In this document: one piece after another, positions 27,531 through 41,830 of the stretch
Position numbering within the stretch: position 1 is the stretch's first letter
Layout: the number at the start of each line of letters is the position of its first letter
Source: Octopus bimaculoides
Taxonomy: Eukaryota
Direction of reading: 5' to 3'
DNA length: 64,000 bases
Assembly: GCF_001194135.2 (NCBI RefSeq)
Contig: NC_068989.1
Location: 19,253,644-19,317,643 of the forward strand
Made by a program: the position numbers and the translations under genes
The notes under the pieces: generated by a model
The model's input: only the letters and a program-made list of their open reading frames with translations
Databases searched by the model: none
What the model was told of the DNA's origin: nothing

Positions 27531-28541
27531 AATAATAATTAATTCGTTTTATTGGCCACAAGGGCTAATATCAATTAAAAACATGTAAGGACAAAGACAG
27601 GACGAAGGTTACAAAAGGTTTTGTCCGAAAAGGTAGGAAAGTTCATCTAAACAGAGGAAGAAAACGGAGAAAGATATAACAAATAAATAGATAAATAAAT
27701 ATGAGGATGATATTGATAATACTATTGGTTTCTGGTTTAGACACAAGGCTAATAATTTTCAGGGAGATGAGAGTAGTTGATATCATCATCCCTCAGGGGA
27801 TGAAAGGCAAAGCAGATTTAAACCCAGAATATAAAAAAAAAGGAGCTGGAAGGAATACTGAAACTCCTGCCGTTTGCATTTTCCATTGTAATTCTACAGT
27901 TTCTGTTCCTTTTGTAGAGAACATGCTAGAACAGGGATATTGAGACTTTGAACTGTTACAGAAGAGGGGGGTCTTTTTTTAATACTGAAAAAAATGTCAC
28001 CTAACCAAAAAAGAAAAATATAAGCCTCTGAATCTGTATTCCCAAGAGTAAACCACATGAAATAAATAACCTGCTTTAGATAACACTAATTCCACTGATT
28101 TACCATAAGCTGAATCTGTATCAATTCCAAAGCTATCAGCAGAATCTTTATGCGGTGTGGTCTATGGGTAGGTGGGTGGGTGGTAGAAGATCATCTGGAA
28201 AATTAGTTTAAGATCACTTCAAGCTTTGGTTTGGTTTTTGTGTGGAACAGAGCGATTGTTGATTCTAAACATAGAGCTGCGAGAAAGGAAAAGAGTGTGA
28301 AGAGATGGGTTGTTTATTGACAGATTTCATTATATAATCTTTATCTGGCTTCTTATCTTCAATAGTTGACATACATCAAGGAAGCATAGGCGAAGACCAT
28401 TTCCTGGCCTATATTTAGAAATGTTAGCTCTCTTCAGCATTAACCAGCTTTTCAAATATTAAAAGCTTAAGATGGTCTTTACATACATACACAGTTTTGT
28501 ATTAACGGTAACAAACAGATAGTGTAATATTCTAATATGTG

Positions 28542-28575
<34 letters not shown>

Positions 28576-29092
28576 TAATTAATATGCAGTAGTTAAGATT
28601 GTATGTAACAGGTATTTTACATAAAGTTTTGTTGATTTTAACTTCAGTTTCTGTCTACCCAATTCATTCACAAGGTTTTGGTCCAGCTCAGGGCTGGAGT
28701 AGAAGACATTTGCCAAGCTGCTACACCATAGGACTTGAACCCCTAACCATAAGCTTCTTAACCACACAGCCATACCAATTCCTATTATATCATGTGTATG
28801 TGTGTGCACCTGTGTGTGTATATATACTCTTTTACTTGTTTCAGTCATTTGACTGCAGCCATGCTGGAGCACCGCCTTTAGTCAAGCAAATCAACCCCGG
28901 GACTTATTCTTTGTAAGCCCAGTACTTATTCTATCGGTCTCTTTTGCCGAACCGCTAAGTAACAGGGGACATAAACACACCAGCATCGGTTGTCAAGCGA
29001 TGTTGGGGAGACAAACACAGACACTCAAACACACACACACATATATATATACATATATACGACGGGCTTCTTACCACACAGCCATTCCTGCG

Positions 29093-29125
<33 letters not shown>

Positions 29126-29989
29126 TTTCTGGTTCAGTCATTAGACTGCTGCCATGCTGGAGCTGTGCCTTGAAGAATTTGTTGTTGAATGAATTGACCC
29201 CAGTACTGGTTCTTTTTTTTTTTTTTTTTGAGCCTGATACTTAGTCTATCAGTTTCTTTTGCCAGTGATGTAAACACACCAACACCAGTTATCAAGTGGT
29301 GGAGGACAAACAACTATGGTGGCTCCATCTGCTAGAAATAGCAGCTAAAAATCCCTCGAATTAAACCATAACAATTTAATTAAAGAAAGGACAAATTGGG
29401 TAATTTGTAGTCTTAGAAACACACTTAAATGGATGAGGTGGCTATGATGCAGTTTAATGCTTTTGGTCAAACATCTACTGGGGCTGAACAATAACAACAG
29501 CAATCATCATCACCCATATCAATGAAGCCAGTATGTATTCTTTATTAAATGACAGTATGTTTCATATATAAATAATAGTTTCTAACATGGGTACAAGGCC
29601 TAAAATTTGGATTTGCGGAATGGTTGATACTATCGAGCCTCTGTGCTCCATTGGTACTTTATTTTATTGACCCTGCAACTCTGAAAAGATAAAAGGTAAA
29701 GTTGATCTTAGCAGGATTTGAACTCAGAATGTAAAGCATTGGAGCAAATGCTACAAGGCATTCCTTCCAACACTCTAACAATTCTACCAAGGGAGGATGT
29801 AATTGTGTCCCTGATAATTGAGAAGTGTTCCAGCCATATCTATCCGGTCTGTCACTGTGATATAGTGTATGTGAGATTACATTATGTAATGAATCTTTTT
29901 TATCTTATCTTTTACTTGTTACAGTCATTAGACTGTGGCCATGCTGGAGCACTGCCTTGAAGAATTTTAATCGAACAAATCAACCCCAG

Positions 29990-30027
<38 letters not shown>

Positions 30028-31732
30028 GACTGGTACTCATTTTATCAATCACTTGTGCTGAACTGCAAAGCTATGGGAACATAAACATACCAACATAGTT
30101 ATCAAGCAGTGGTGAAGGGTAGACAAAGTCACACACATGTATACACGCCCAATGAGCTTCTTTCAGTTTCCATCTACCAAATCCACTCATAAGACTTCGG
30201 TTGTCCTGAGTTTATAGTAGAAGACACTTGTCCAAGGTGCCTTGCAGTAGGATTGAACCCAAAACCATACGGGTGGGAAGCAAACTTCTTTCCACACAGC
30301 CACACCTGCATTCCCTCAAAGACAATGTGAATTTGTGTTCCTGGTAGTTCTTCAATAATGCTCCTATAATGACTATCATGTCTTTCACTCTGGCATTGGA
30401 TCACTGGGGTTACATCATATAATGTGCCCTTCCTTTTATTAAGACAGTAGATTTATAACTGTTATTTCTGGTAGACTCACTGATCATGTAGAGATCTTCC
30501 TTCATTAGCTCACAGCCTCCATGTGACTATGGTTGTTGTTTCTTCCCCATGTCAGCTCTAATAAAGCAGACTTAGGATCAAGGACTTCCAACCATGACTG
30601 TCCTGCATTTTCACAGGTATCTTGGAACACATTCAATGTATCCTATTTTGGAAGATACTAGATTGTGGTTTGATGGAGAGCTGGCTGCTATTTTTGGCAC
30701 ATCAAATGACTGCATAGAGACTATCCTTGTTGTTGTTTAGCTGCAGGTCAGGTTCAAGTGAGCAGGCCTATGATCAAAGGCATCCCAGCCATGACCATCC
30801 TGTCTTTTCCCCATATACAGAGAATCCACGGTCATATCATACAGTCCTTTTTTAAGATGGTAGGATATGGTTTATGGGTGATGTGATTGCTGTTTCTAGC
30901 AGGTCAAATATCCAGGTATAGATTCCTTCATTGTCATACTTGCTTGTGGTGATGGTAGGGTGGGGTGTGATTCCTAATTTTGAATCATGTTCTGTTGAGA
31001 AAGTTTAAAGAACTATCTTTGAGTATGTGTGTGTTGTACTTTGTCACCATACTTAAGTCCTTAACAAGGTATCTAAGGATTGTTAGAGTTGTTGGTGGTG
31101 GTGGTGGCGGCGGTGGTGGCGNNNNNNNNNNNNNNNNNNNNNNNNNNNNNNNNNNNNNNNNNNNNNNNNNNNNNNNNNNNNNNNNNNNNNNNNNNNNNNN
31201 NNNNNNNNNNNNNNNNNNNNNNNNNNNNNNNNNNNNNNNNNNNNNNNNNNNNNNNNNNNNNNNNNNNNNNNNNNNNNNNNNNNNNNNNNNNNNNNNNNNN
31301 NNNNNNNNNNNNNNNNNNNNNNNNNNNNNNNNNNNNNNNNNNNGTAACATCTGATTTTTATGACTTGTTCTTGGAAGCATAGGTGGGTGGGCGGGGGAGA
31401 TGGAGTGGGGGTGGAGTGGAGGAGCTGGTATAGCAGGATTGCAAACACTGAGGGTGGTGGTGGCAATGGTGATGAAGTGGAGGGGATCACAGTAGATACA
31501 GAGAGAAGGAGTGGTGGTTTCTTTCTAAATTGGATCTACACTCCAAGTAGGTTGTAAAATAAGTATATTTATGAATGTTTGGCTAGTTTACATGTACTCA
31601 CTCACAAGACAGTAAATAACACTTCACGACAAGTGGGGGAGCCAATACAGATATAGCAGCCAAATTTCTCAAATCATGCATCCTAGAGTTTTGAATTAGG
31701 AAAGGACATATTTAGATAATGCAGTTCTACAT

Positions 31733-32060
31733 GAAGGTGCATGACTCGGTGGTTAGAGTATTGGACTCACAATCATGGGGTAGTGAGTTCGATTCCCAGA
31801 ACCGGGCTGTGTGTTGTGTTCTTAAGCAAGACACTTTACTTCACGTTGCTCCAGTTCACCCAGCTGTAGAGATGGGTTGTGATGTCACTGGTGCCATGCT
31901 GTATCAACCTTTGCCTTTCCCTTGGATAACATCAATGTCATGGAGAGAGGAAGCTGGTATGCAAGGGTGACTGCTGGTCTTCCATAAAAAACAACCTTGC
32001 CTAGATTTGTGCCTTGGAGGGGAACTTTCTAGGTGCATCCCATGGCCATTCATGACCAAA
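31733..32060 (+). mobile_element. tRNA-derived SINE family D; a second copy lies at about 17272-17580(+)
   Basis: A/B-box-like head ggtggttagagt...gagttcgattccc, then gtgttgtgttcttaagcaagacacttt..ccagttcacccagctgta. The two copies align. Confidence 0.7.
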
Positions 32061-32129
32061 GAGGGTTTTTACACTAGTTCTACATATCCCTAATAAAGAG
32101 TATTTGATCATGGTAGAGATGTCTGGGAT

Positions 32130-33439
32130 CTAGTCTTTCTCATTCGCAAAATGAGCCCCCCTTAATTTTGCTCAGATTGCTTTCAATTTTGGTGTATTGA
32201 TGCAACTCTGAATTTTGATTACAATCAACCAATTACTTTATCTCGGAAATCAAAGAATCTGATGTTATTTGGCATTAAAGTTGGGAAATTTGGGTAACTT
32301 TAGCCAATCAACAGACAGCGTGGCATTAGCAGCTTGTTACCATGACAACCACACTGCATTGTGGTTCACTGTTGTCTGTGCTGCTGTTGTCTATGTTGCT
32401 GTTGTCTATGTTGATTTTTCACAATCAATTCTTCACACCATGAGATTCTTTTCACCCACGTGTTTTGTTTTAATTTTTCTGTGTTAGTATATTACATATT
32501 TTTCTGTGCTTCTGTGCGTTAGTATTTTTCGGTGTGTTAGTATTTCTTCATATTTTTTATTTCATATATTTTTGGGACTCATTGTCTCAGATAGCTGGAT
32601 TTATGATTTCACTAGGTTAATTCTGTTCTTAAAATTTTAAATTAGGAGTATTTCTTAAACCGTTAGCTTCACATTTCAACAGCTTAACTGAAATTTAGCC
32701 CACATAACAGAAACTGAGGAGGGATATCATGGAACAGAGAAACTGGGGGTGATACAGATAATTTGACATTATTTTTGAATTCTGTTTGCAAAAAAATTTG
32801 AGGTAAATTCTTTTTTGACTAGTGTTATTCTTATCATAGCTTACAAACTCAAGCTTGACTACGTTACTCAACTTTGGAGTTTTGGAGACAGACACCCTCT
32901 TCACACACACATGAATGCATAAATGTACATATAAACTTATATATGAATACATACATCCTCATGCACTTATATATTAATGATGTACACAAATATATGACAG
33001 GTATGCATAATACTAAAATATGCATAAAGTAAACACATGCAGACAAATATATTCATATAACAAATTTAAAAAATAATAACGCCATACAATCAATGAAGAG
33101 ACAAAAGAAACAGTAAAATGATACATGTTGATTTTATTAGGTATTTCTGTTCATTTAGAAACCTACAATGAACAGGTCAGACACTAAACTCTAAATTCCA
33201 CAGGGTGCAACCTTAAAGTTGACACTGCTCTGCTAAATGCAGAAAATTTCTGTCTCACTATTGGCTAAAAATATACAGTTTTTTCGATATTTAAACCTCT
33301 GTAACTTTTTTTCTTCAATTTTTTCTCCACAACATCATACCTTTAAAGCAACAAGACTGGAAAGCTACATTATTATAGCTGATTTTCAGATATTTTACTG
33401 TCTTTTAAAAAAGCCTATTTTGTAAATGAAAAAAACTAG
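32130..33439. mobile_element. Possible ~1.3-kb non-autonomous DNA transposon
   Basis: Imperfect ~27-bp inverted ends ctagtYtttYtcattYRcaaaatRRgc. No convincing TSD. Confidence 0.3.
32302..32349 (+). promoter_or_regulatory. CCAAT box (AGCCAATCA) plus RFX X-box-like motif (GTTACCATGACAAC)
   Basis: Motif match only: 13 of 14 positions fit GTHRCCATGGYAAC. No functional evidence. Confidence 0.25.
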
Positions 33440-35399
33440 ATTCGATGTCTTTGATCATGGGGCTTCTTGATCCTGGCTGACTTGGGGGTTAAAAACAACA
33501 TTACTTCATAGACACTGCTAATGCAAGCAGTAAAGAGTTGAACACCACAAATTTCTATTCCCCTCATTATTAATATCAACATCATTTAACATCTGTTTTC
33601 CATGGTGGCATGGATTGGACAGATTGACAGGTGCTGGTAAGGCCAGAAGCCACACCAGATTCCATAGTCTGTTTTGGCTTGGTTTCTATAAATTGATGCC
33701 TTTCCTAATGCCAACCACTTTACAGAATGTGAATTGGGTGGGCACCATCACCAGTAATTTTTATGTCACACCAGCACCAGTGCTTTTTGTGTGGCTTATG
33801 ACCAAGCAGGCTTCTGTATGGTTGCTTCGCTCGCCAGAAACAGCAACTGCTGTCTAAAAAAATAAAAAAGAGTAAAACCCATTGAATAATGTTGTTGTCC
33901 AACATGTGTATTTCTTTAGTTTGTTTTAACAAACATGGCTCCATCCTGAGGCCCTATACTAATCACTACACCCACAGAATGCCTGCCTTCTGGAATTCTC
34001 TCCTATCTTTCCTGCTGGTGTTGACACAAATGTTCACGAGGAAAATTAATAACATAAATCAGACTAGTCTAAGAAGATTTTATAAAGGCCATAGGCACTG
34101 CTTTTTTTATCCAGGTTGTACAATTGTCAGTGAGGTGACTTTCTCAAGCATGGCAGAAAAGTAGAATATCACTGTAAACAATTGAAGCAGCAGGTGCTAG
34201 CCTGGGTGAAGCCAAATTGGAGACCAGCTACAGATGGAGGATATGGACCAACTTGAGAGATGCAAATCATTGCAGATCCAAATTTTCCTCAGATGCTACC
34301 AGAGAGCACTATATCCATATCTTTGAACAAGCCAATTTCATGGATACTGTCCTTTACAAAGAAGAGAGAGAGAGAGCTCTTTTAGCCCTGGAAAGTGAAA
34401 AAAAAAAAAAGAAAATTACTCTGTAAACATGGCTACCAATAACAGACCCTCTGTGTGGTCACTCAACTTGCTAGAAATAGCAACTAAATATCCATCAAAC
34501 TATGCCATACTGTCTTAAATATAGAAAAGACACATTGTATATATAATGTAGTCTAACACTTCCCTAAAAAGATGGAATGGTCAAAGCTTGAATACATTTT
34601 ATTGTAGATCTATACTGGATCACGTCTCTGACCTGGGGCTAAAGAACACCAGTGTGATAGTCTCTGTAGTAAACAAGAACTGACATTTCTGACACTGCAT
34701 CCACGTGTGAGCTGTCTTTACAGGCTGAAAGCTTGCATTGTTGTGATGTCTCAAAACTCTCTTTCATCCTACAACCTGCCAGCATCTCAATTCAATTTTT
34801 GTATTGTTGTATAATACAAAGGATTATTACATCTTTTTGCTGGTGAGACTGACAAGCAGATGTCTACAACTTAGTGCAGACAACTATTACAAAGGACTTC
34901 ATTTCAAAGGAACCAGATTTTTGCCTTTTTTTTTTTCTTTGCTGTTTGCTTCATAGATTATATATCAATAAAAGATACACACATGCATACATGAATATGC
35001 ATATGCACACACATATTTATAGGATAAAAATCAAATGGGATATGAAAGCAACAGAAAAGACAATAAAATAAATCTCTCATCAGCCATGGGGACTGGAATC
35101 AGTGTATTTTCAGCATATTTAAAATCAGAAAGCTTTAATTTCATGCTAGTACTCCACTGGATGTGCCAATGATTGTAAATATCACTGAAGTGGAGGACAT
35201 TACAAAGAAAAAGAAAGAAAAAACAACTTAAAACAATGAAGATTATATCATACAAGAGTGACAGAGAATTATGGACACATTCGTGTAATACCGTTCAGCA
35301 AAAAAGACAGCAGTCTTTTGACAGGGCATGGAGAACAACAAACTCACCAAAAGGGTACAAGCACAAAGGAAAATAGAAATATGCCTGACATTGTAGTAC

Positions 35400-35719
35400 C
35401 CATGAAATCATAGATGTGGCTGTTGCTGGTAGCATGATCTCTCAAATGCTGTGCCTCAGAGAGGCAATGATAAGTGACCGAGACCTTTGGCAATGCTGTG
35501 CTGAGAAGCCTTGTCAAATCAAGTGAATCGTAGTCATAGTCGTGGCTGTTGCCGGTGTCATGGAAATGGCACCCATTACACTTTTGGAGTGGTTGGTGTC
35601 AGGAAGGGTATCCAACTGTAGAAACTATGTCAAATCAGACTGGAACCTGGTGCAGCTCCCTGGCTCACCAGTTCCAGTCAAACCATCTAACCAATGCTAG
35701 CATGGAAAGTGAACATTAA

Positions 35720-35751
<32 letters not shown>
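35400..35751 (+). mobile_element. RTE-family 3' UTR fragment with (GAT)n tail; related pieces at about 6645-6830(-), 6950-7270(+), 10860-11080(+), 15110-15160(-), 24990-25200(+), 33575-33790(-)
   Basis: Shares ggaagggcatccagctgtagaaac...gctagcatggaaa...cgttaaa(gat)n with the RTE 3' end at 57876-58110. Confidence 0.7.
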
Positions 35752-35752
<1 letters not shown>

Positions 35753-37133
35753 GCTATACAAACATAAAGGAAGGCCCACAACACCTTGAGCAAATGCCCT
35801 ATCTATTCTCAAATTGCCCATCTTCAAAATATTGGCCAACTTGAGGATATAGCAGGCCATTTACCCAAGTTGCAGTGTAGTGAGATATGAAATCTGAAAT
35901 TCTGTGGTTGTGAAGTGGTCTTAACTACACAGCTATACCTTAACCTTTGGTTCTTTAGCGTCATATATATGGTTAAACCTCTTTGACATAATATATATAT
36001 ATATGGTTAAATCTGTTGATAAGTTATAATTATTCTCTTCCAGCTTTTTGTGGATTGCTCTTTTTATTTTTGGTTCTCTTATCAGTAGTGGTTTACCAGC
36101 TCAACTGTCATTAATTGTGCTTTTATCATTTTTGCTGTCATTATTGTTGTTTAGGGGTTCAACTTTAATCAACACTCCCTTTACTAACCCCTTTTTGCCA
36201 AAGAAACAGTTTTCAGTTCACACCATTGTAACTGACTCTGACTCTACTATAAATTGCTCTACTGTAACTGACTGCCATATGACTGGCCCTGCTTTGGCTA
36301 AAACACTTTCCACAACCAGTTCTGCTCTAACTCTACCATAACTAATTGTTCTATTACTGACTCTGTTATCAATTCTGCTATGACTCACATGTAAGTTATC
36401 CTGTTATAAGTGATTCTGCTATAACCAATTTTAATTTAAACCTCTATATTTTAATCATGTCATTAAAGTTTGATATAAGTAAAGGCATTTTTTTACAATT
36501 TTTTTTAAGAGCTGATCTCTAAATGCTGAGCAATACAACTTCTATATCTGCTTAATTTCAACAAATAGCTAAGTCATTGCCATGGTACTAGCAAGGGACG
36601 CAGTCAGATTATTAAAACTTCTTTTAAACGTGTGTGTGTGTGTGTGTGTGTGTGTAAGGATCTGTCTATGTACATAGACACCTCAAAAGTAAATAGATAC
36701 CGTTATTTTTTTTAAAGATTTGTTGCTAGACACAAAATAATCTCATTTCGATGCATTTAAATACTTAATCTAGTAAATATGCCTTGTGCAGTTTTTAATT
36801 ATTTAACTCATTTGGGCCTCCTACTAATGAGTGATGTCCACGCAGATAATGAGGTTTTTCTTTTACTTTTGAGATGTCAGTGTAAGCATTGACCCAGTTA
36901 ATACCTTATGGTGTTGTGTGTGTGTGTGTGTGTGTGCACTTAGGGTACTTTTTCTATGTGCATGTACACAGTCCACTGAAATATTGTCTTGTGTGTCCCC
37001 TTCAGATGGTGTCTGTGTTTGTATGGGTGTGCGTGTTTGTGAAGATTTGTGGTTCTTCAGAGAAGATGGAGACATATGTATTATTCTGCTATGTGGAAAT
37101 GGGAGAGAAAGAGTTAATGAACAAGGGAGAATT

Positions 37134-37200
<67 letters not shown>

Positions 37201-37210
37201 NNNNNNNNNN

Positions 37211-37258
<48 letters not shown>

Positions 37259-37555
37259 TAGAAAGAGATACATTATGTGAGTGCAAAGAGAGTGAAAGTG
37301 TTGGCTGTGTATGTGAACCTGTTTGGACAGGCAGTCAGTAATCATACTGACAGTGGTCAAACTCATGGATTCATTCATTTTTATGATCTTCCTTTTTCAT
37401 AACATTTCTTCAACTGTAATTCCTGTAACTAAAGATATACAGAAAAATAAAACAGTGCAATTAACAACAACAACACTATTTACTACAAAGATGTTATCAC
37501 TGTTTTATTATTATTATCATTATCATTATTATAATGATAATAATAATAATAATAA

Positions 37556-37617
<62 letters not shown>

Positions 37618-38180
37618 GAGTGATAGAGCAGAGCATGCAATCAAAGTGAAACTGGGGTAAAATATATGAAGCCTAGTATACCCATCATAATTACCCATCT
37701 GATAAGGGTACACAAGGCATATGCATCACAACTATATGTGCGAGACATGGTGAACTCTTATCAAGATAAATTACACATGACCTTGCAGGTGGGGGCCCAG
37801 TTAGAATTTTCTTCAGATCGAGTAGCCCATCCTGCTCAAAAGGTCCCTGAATAAAGGTTGTTTAAGGATGTTGAACGAAACACCTATGTTTCCAGAGGTG
37901 AATTATTCAAACCCCAAAGAATTCCTCTCAACACATCGCTATGATGCTCCCCCACTGCTTCTGCTCATAATCAGAGATGCACATATCGTCAGCCACCAAG
38001 GGACATGCTCAACTGGTTACGGTCAAACAACTGACAAGCAAATCTGTGGTATTAAGCAGAATATTTGCTGTAGCACATCTTTGATACCATGACAAAACAA
38101 TGTACATAATAACACTTCCAATCAGTTAAGATGAGAAGCCATGAAAGCCCACTGCCTGTTACTGCATTAGCACAGATTTT
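37618..38180 (-). mobile_element. Unclassified ~560-bp non-coding retroposon-like element between (TAA)n tracts
   Basis: Complex sequence bounded on both sides by (TTA)n, with no convincing ORF. It is directly adjacent to the Dong element. Orientation is inferred from the longer flanking tract. Confidence 0.4.
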
Positions 38181-38240
38181 ATTATTATCATTATTGTTGT
38201 TGTTGTTGCTGTTGTTGTTGCTGTTGTTGTTGTTGTTGTT

Positions 38241-39379
<1,139 letters not shown>

Positions 39380-39616
39380 GGCGGTGAATTGGCAGAATTA
39401 CAAGCACACCAGTTGAAATGCTTTGTGGCATTTCATCTGTCTTTATGTTCTATGTTCAAATTCTGCCAAGATTGACTTTGTCTTTCATCCTTTCAGGGTT
39501 GATAAAATAAGTACTAGTTGAGTACTAGGGTTGATGTAATCAACTTACCCCACTCACCAAAATTCAGACCTTGTTTGTGCCTATGGCAGAAAGGATTATT
39601 ATTATTATCATCATTA

Positions 39617-39660
<44 letters not shown>

Positions 39661-39719
39661 AAAAAAAGAAAAAAAAAAGGTAATGTAAAAGGAGAAAGGG
39701 CTCTATACCCCTTTCTTAT

Positions 39720-39998
39720 TTTTTCTGACCAGGCTCCCGTGGTTTTATGGGTTTTTCCACGTGTAACCTTTCCTTTTTCGAAGCGCCTCCCCCTTTGGGA
39801 GTTCTATTTATTTATTTATCTATTTATTTATTATATCTTTCTCCGTTTTCTTCCTCCGTTTAGATGAACTTTCCTACCTTTTCGGACAAAACCTTTTGTA
39901 ACCTTCGTCCTGTCTTTGTCCTTACATGTTTTTATTTGATATTAGCCCTTGTGGCCAATAAAACGAATTAATTATCATTATTATTATTATTATTATTT
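39720..39998 (+). mobile_element. 3' UTR of an unclassified LINE-like element with AATAAA and a (TTA)n tail; a second near-identical copy is inverted at 27530-27700
   Basis: About 160 bp are shared in reverse complement (ttagatgaactttcctaccttttcggacaaaacc...gcccttgtggccaataaaacgaatt). Confidence 0.7.
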
Positions 39999-40038
39999 TA
40001 ATGAGACAAAAAAAAAAACATCTCATTTTTTCGAACAG

Positions 40039-40181
40039 GGCCTTGGAAATCTATGACAAACATGGAATTCCCAAGAGTGAAATCCTGAAAGAACAACACA
40101 AGCCAGTTGGGTTAGATGCAATCAGTGGCCCACTTCGTTATCCGAAGAGCTGTATATTTTGGATCCAGTGTGATCAAGAAG
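40039..40181 (+). CDS. TRIT1: Internal exon of tRNA dimethylallyltransferase: (R)ALEIYDKHGIPKSEILKEQHKPVGLDAISGPLRYPKSCIFWIQCDQE
   Basis: Acceptor ttttttcgaacag|G completes AGG (Arg) with the phase-2 end of the previous exon. The donor is GAAG|gtatta (phase 1). The peptide aligns by eye with human TRIT1 [21 protein letters not shown]...GGPLKFSNPCILWLHADQA (recalled from memory). Confidence 0.93.
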
Positions 40182-41472
40182 GTATTATATTTTATTACAG
40201 AGCAAATAGCCATGCTTCCATACAGTTGTTATAGTTGATTTACCACCGAAACAAGTATCCATTTTCACATGCTCCCTCTTCTGTTACTTATTTATCTTTT
40301 TTTCTCTGGTTTTGGTTTGCTTAAGCTGTTATTTGTTAACCTATTATGCAATGAGCCATGACAAAAGGGGCTGTCATTTAACAAAGATGATTTACATTTG
40401 GAGTAAGGCCATAAACTTTGCAGGCATGGCTGTGTGGTTGAAAAGTTTACTTTGCAGACATGTGGTTTCAAGTTCAGTCCCATTACATAGCAAGCTGGGA
40501 ATAGCCAACCAATGCCTTTTGAGTGCATTTGATTGTCAGAAACAATAGTAATTCCATTGTGTGTGTGTGTAAATGTGTATGAATGTCAATATCTTGCTTG
40601 TTTCCAGTTGAGTGACATTACGACTCATTGCTCTACTCTCTTTTACTCTTTTACTTGTTTCAGTCATTTGACTGCGGCCATGCTGGAGCACTGCCTTTAG
40701 TCGAGCAAATCAACCCCAGGACTTATTCTTTTTCAGCCTAGTACTTATTCTATCGGTCTCTTTTGCTGAACCGCTAAGTTACAGGGACATAAACACACCA
40801 GCATCACTTGTCAAGCGATGTTGGGGGGACAAACACAGACACACAAACATATACATGCACATGCATATATACACATATATACGACAGGCTTCTTTCAGTC
40901 TCCGTCTACCAAATCCACTCACAAGGCTTTGGTTGGCTCGAGGCTATAGTAGAAGACACTTGCCCAAGGTACCACGCAGTGGGACTGAACCCGGAACCAT
41001 GTGTTNNNNNNNNNNNNNNNNNNNNNNNNNNNNNNNNNNNNNNNNNNNNNNNNNNNNNNNNNNNNNNNNNNNNNNNNNNNNNNNNNNNNNNNNNNNNNNN
41101 NNNNNNNNNNNNNNNNNNNNNNNNNNNNNNNNNNNNNNNNNNNNNNNNNNNNNNNNNNNNNNNNNNNNNNNNNNNNNNNNNNNNNNNNNNNNNNNNNNNN
41201 NNNNNNNNNNNNNNNNNNNNNNNNNNNNNNNNNNNNNNNNNNNNNNNNNNNNNNNNNNNNNNNNNNNNNNNNNNNNNNNNNNNNNNNNNNNNNNNNNNNN
41301 NNNNNNNNNNNNNNNNNNNNNNNNNNNNNNNNNNNNNNNNNNNNNNNNNNNNNNNNNNAAGTTAGTGTTGGTGACAGAAAGAGCATCTGGGGCTGTATAA
41401 ATCTTACTTCAAAATCAATTCCCATCCAAGCTAATGCTAGCATGGAAAAAAATAGATATTAAATGAACAGTT

Positions 41473-41830
41473 TACTTCCTCCCCAAAATCCACAAACCTA
41501 ACAACCCTGGCCACCCCACCGTCTCCGCTTGCAACTGCCCCACTCATCTCCAGATATCTTGACTGTATCCTTGCCCCCCCCCACTAGTGGCTCCCCTCTC
41601 CTCTCACATCCATGACACCAGCCATGTGCTTCATTTGTTCAGCTCTTTCTTCTTACCTCTTGGCCCCTCTAAACTTCTCGTCACTCTTGACAGCCAGAGC
41701 CTTTACACAGTGATCCCTCACCACAAGGGGCTGTGTGCACTCCAACATTTCCTTGACCTTCGACCCAACCCCCAACCTAACACATCCACACTCATTCAAC
41801 TGCTTCTCATTCGAGGGTGATTTTTACCCC
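41473..41830 (+). mobile_element. Penelope-like element reverse transcriptase fragment (frameshifted)
   Basis: Reads YFLPKIHKPNNPGHPTVSACNCPT / LISRYLDCILAP / HIHDTSH...LLVTLDSQSLYTVIPHHKGLCALQHFLDLRPNPQPNTSTLI / NCFSFEGDFY. These are PLE RT motifs (LPKIHK...RPIVS, DVxSLYTxIP). Confidence 0.85.
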
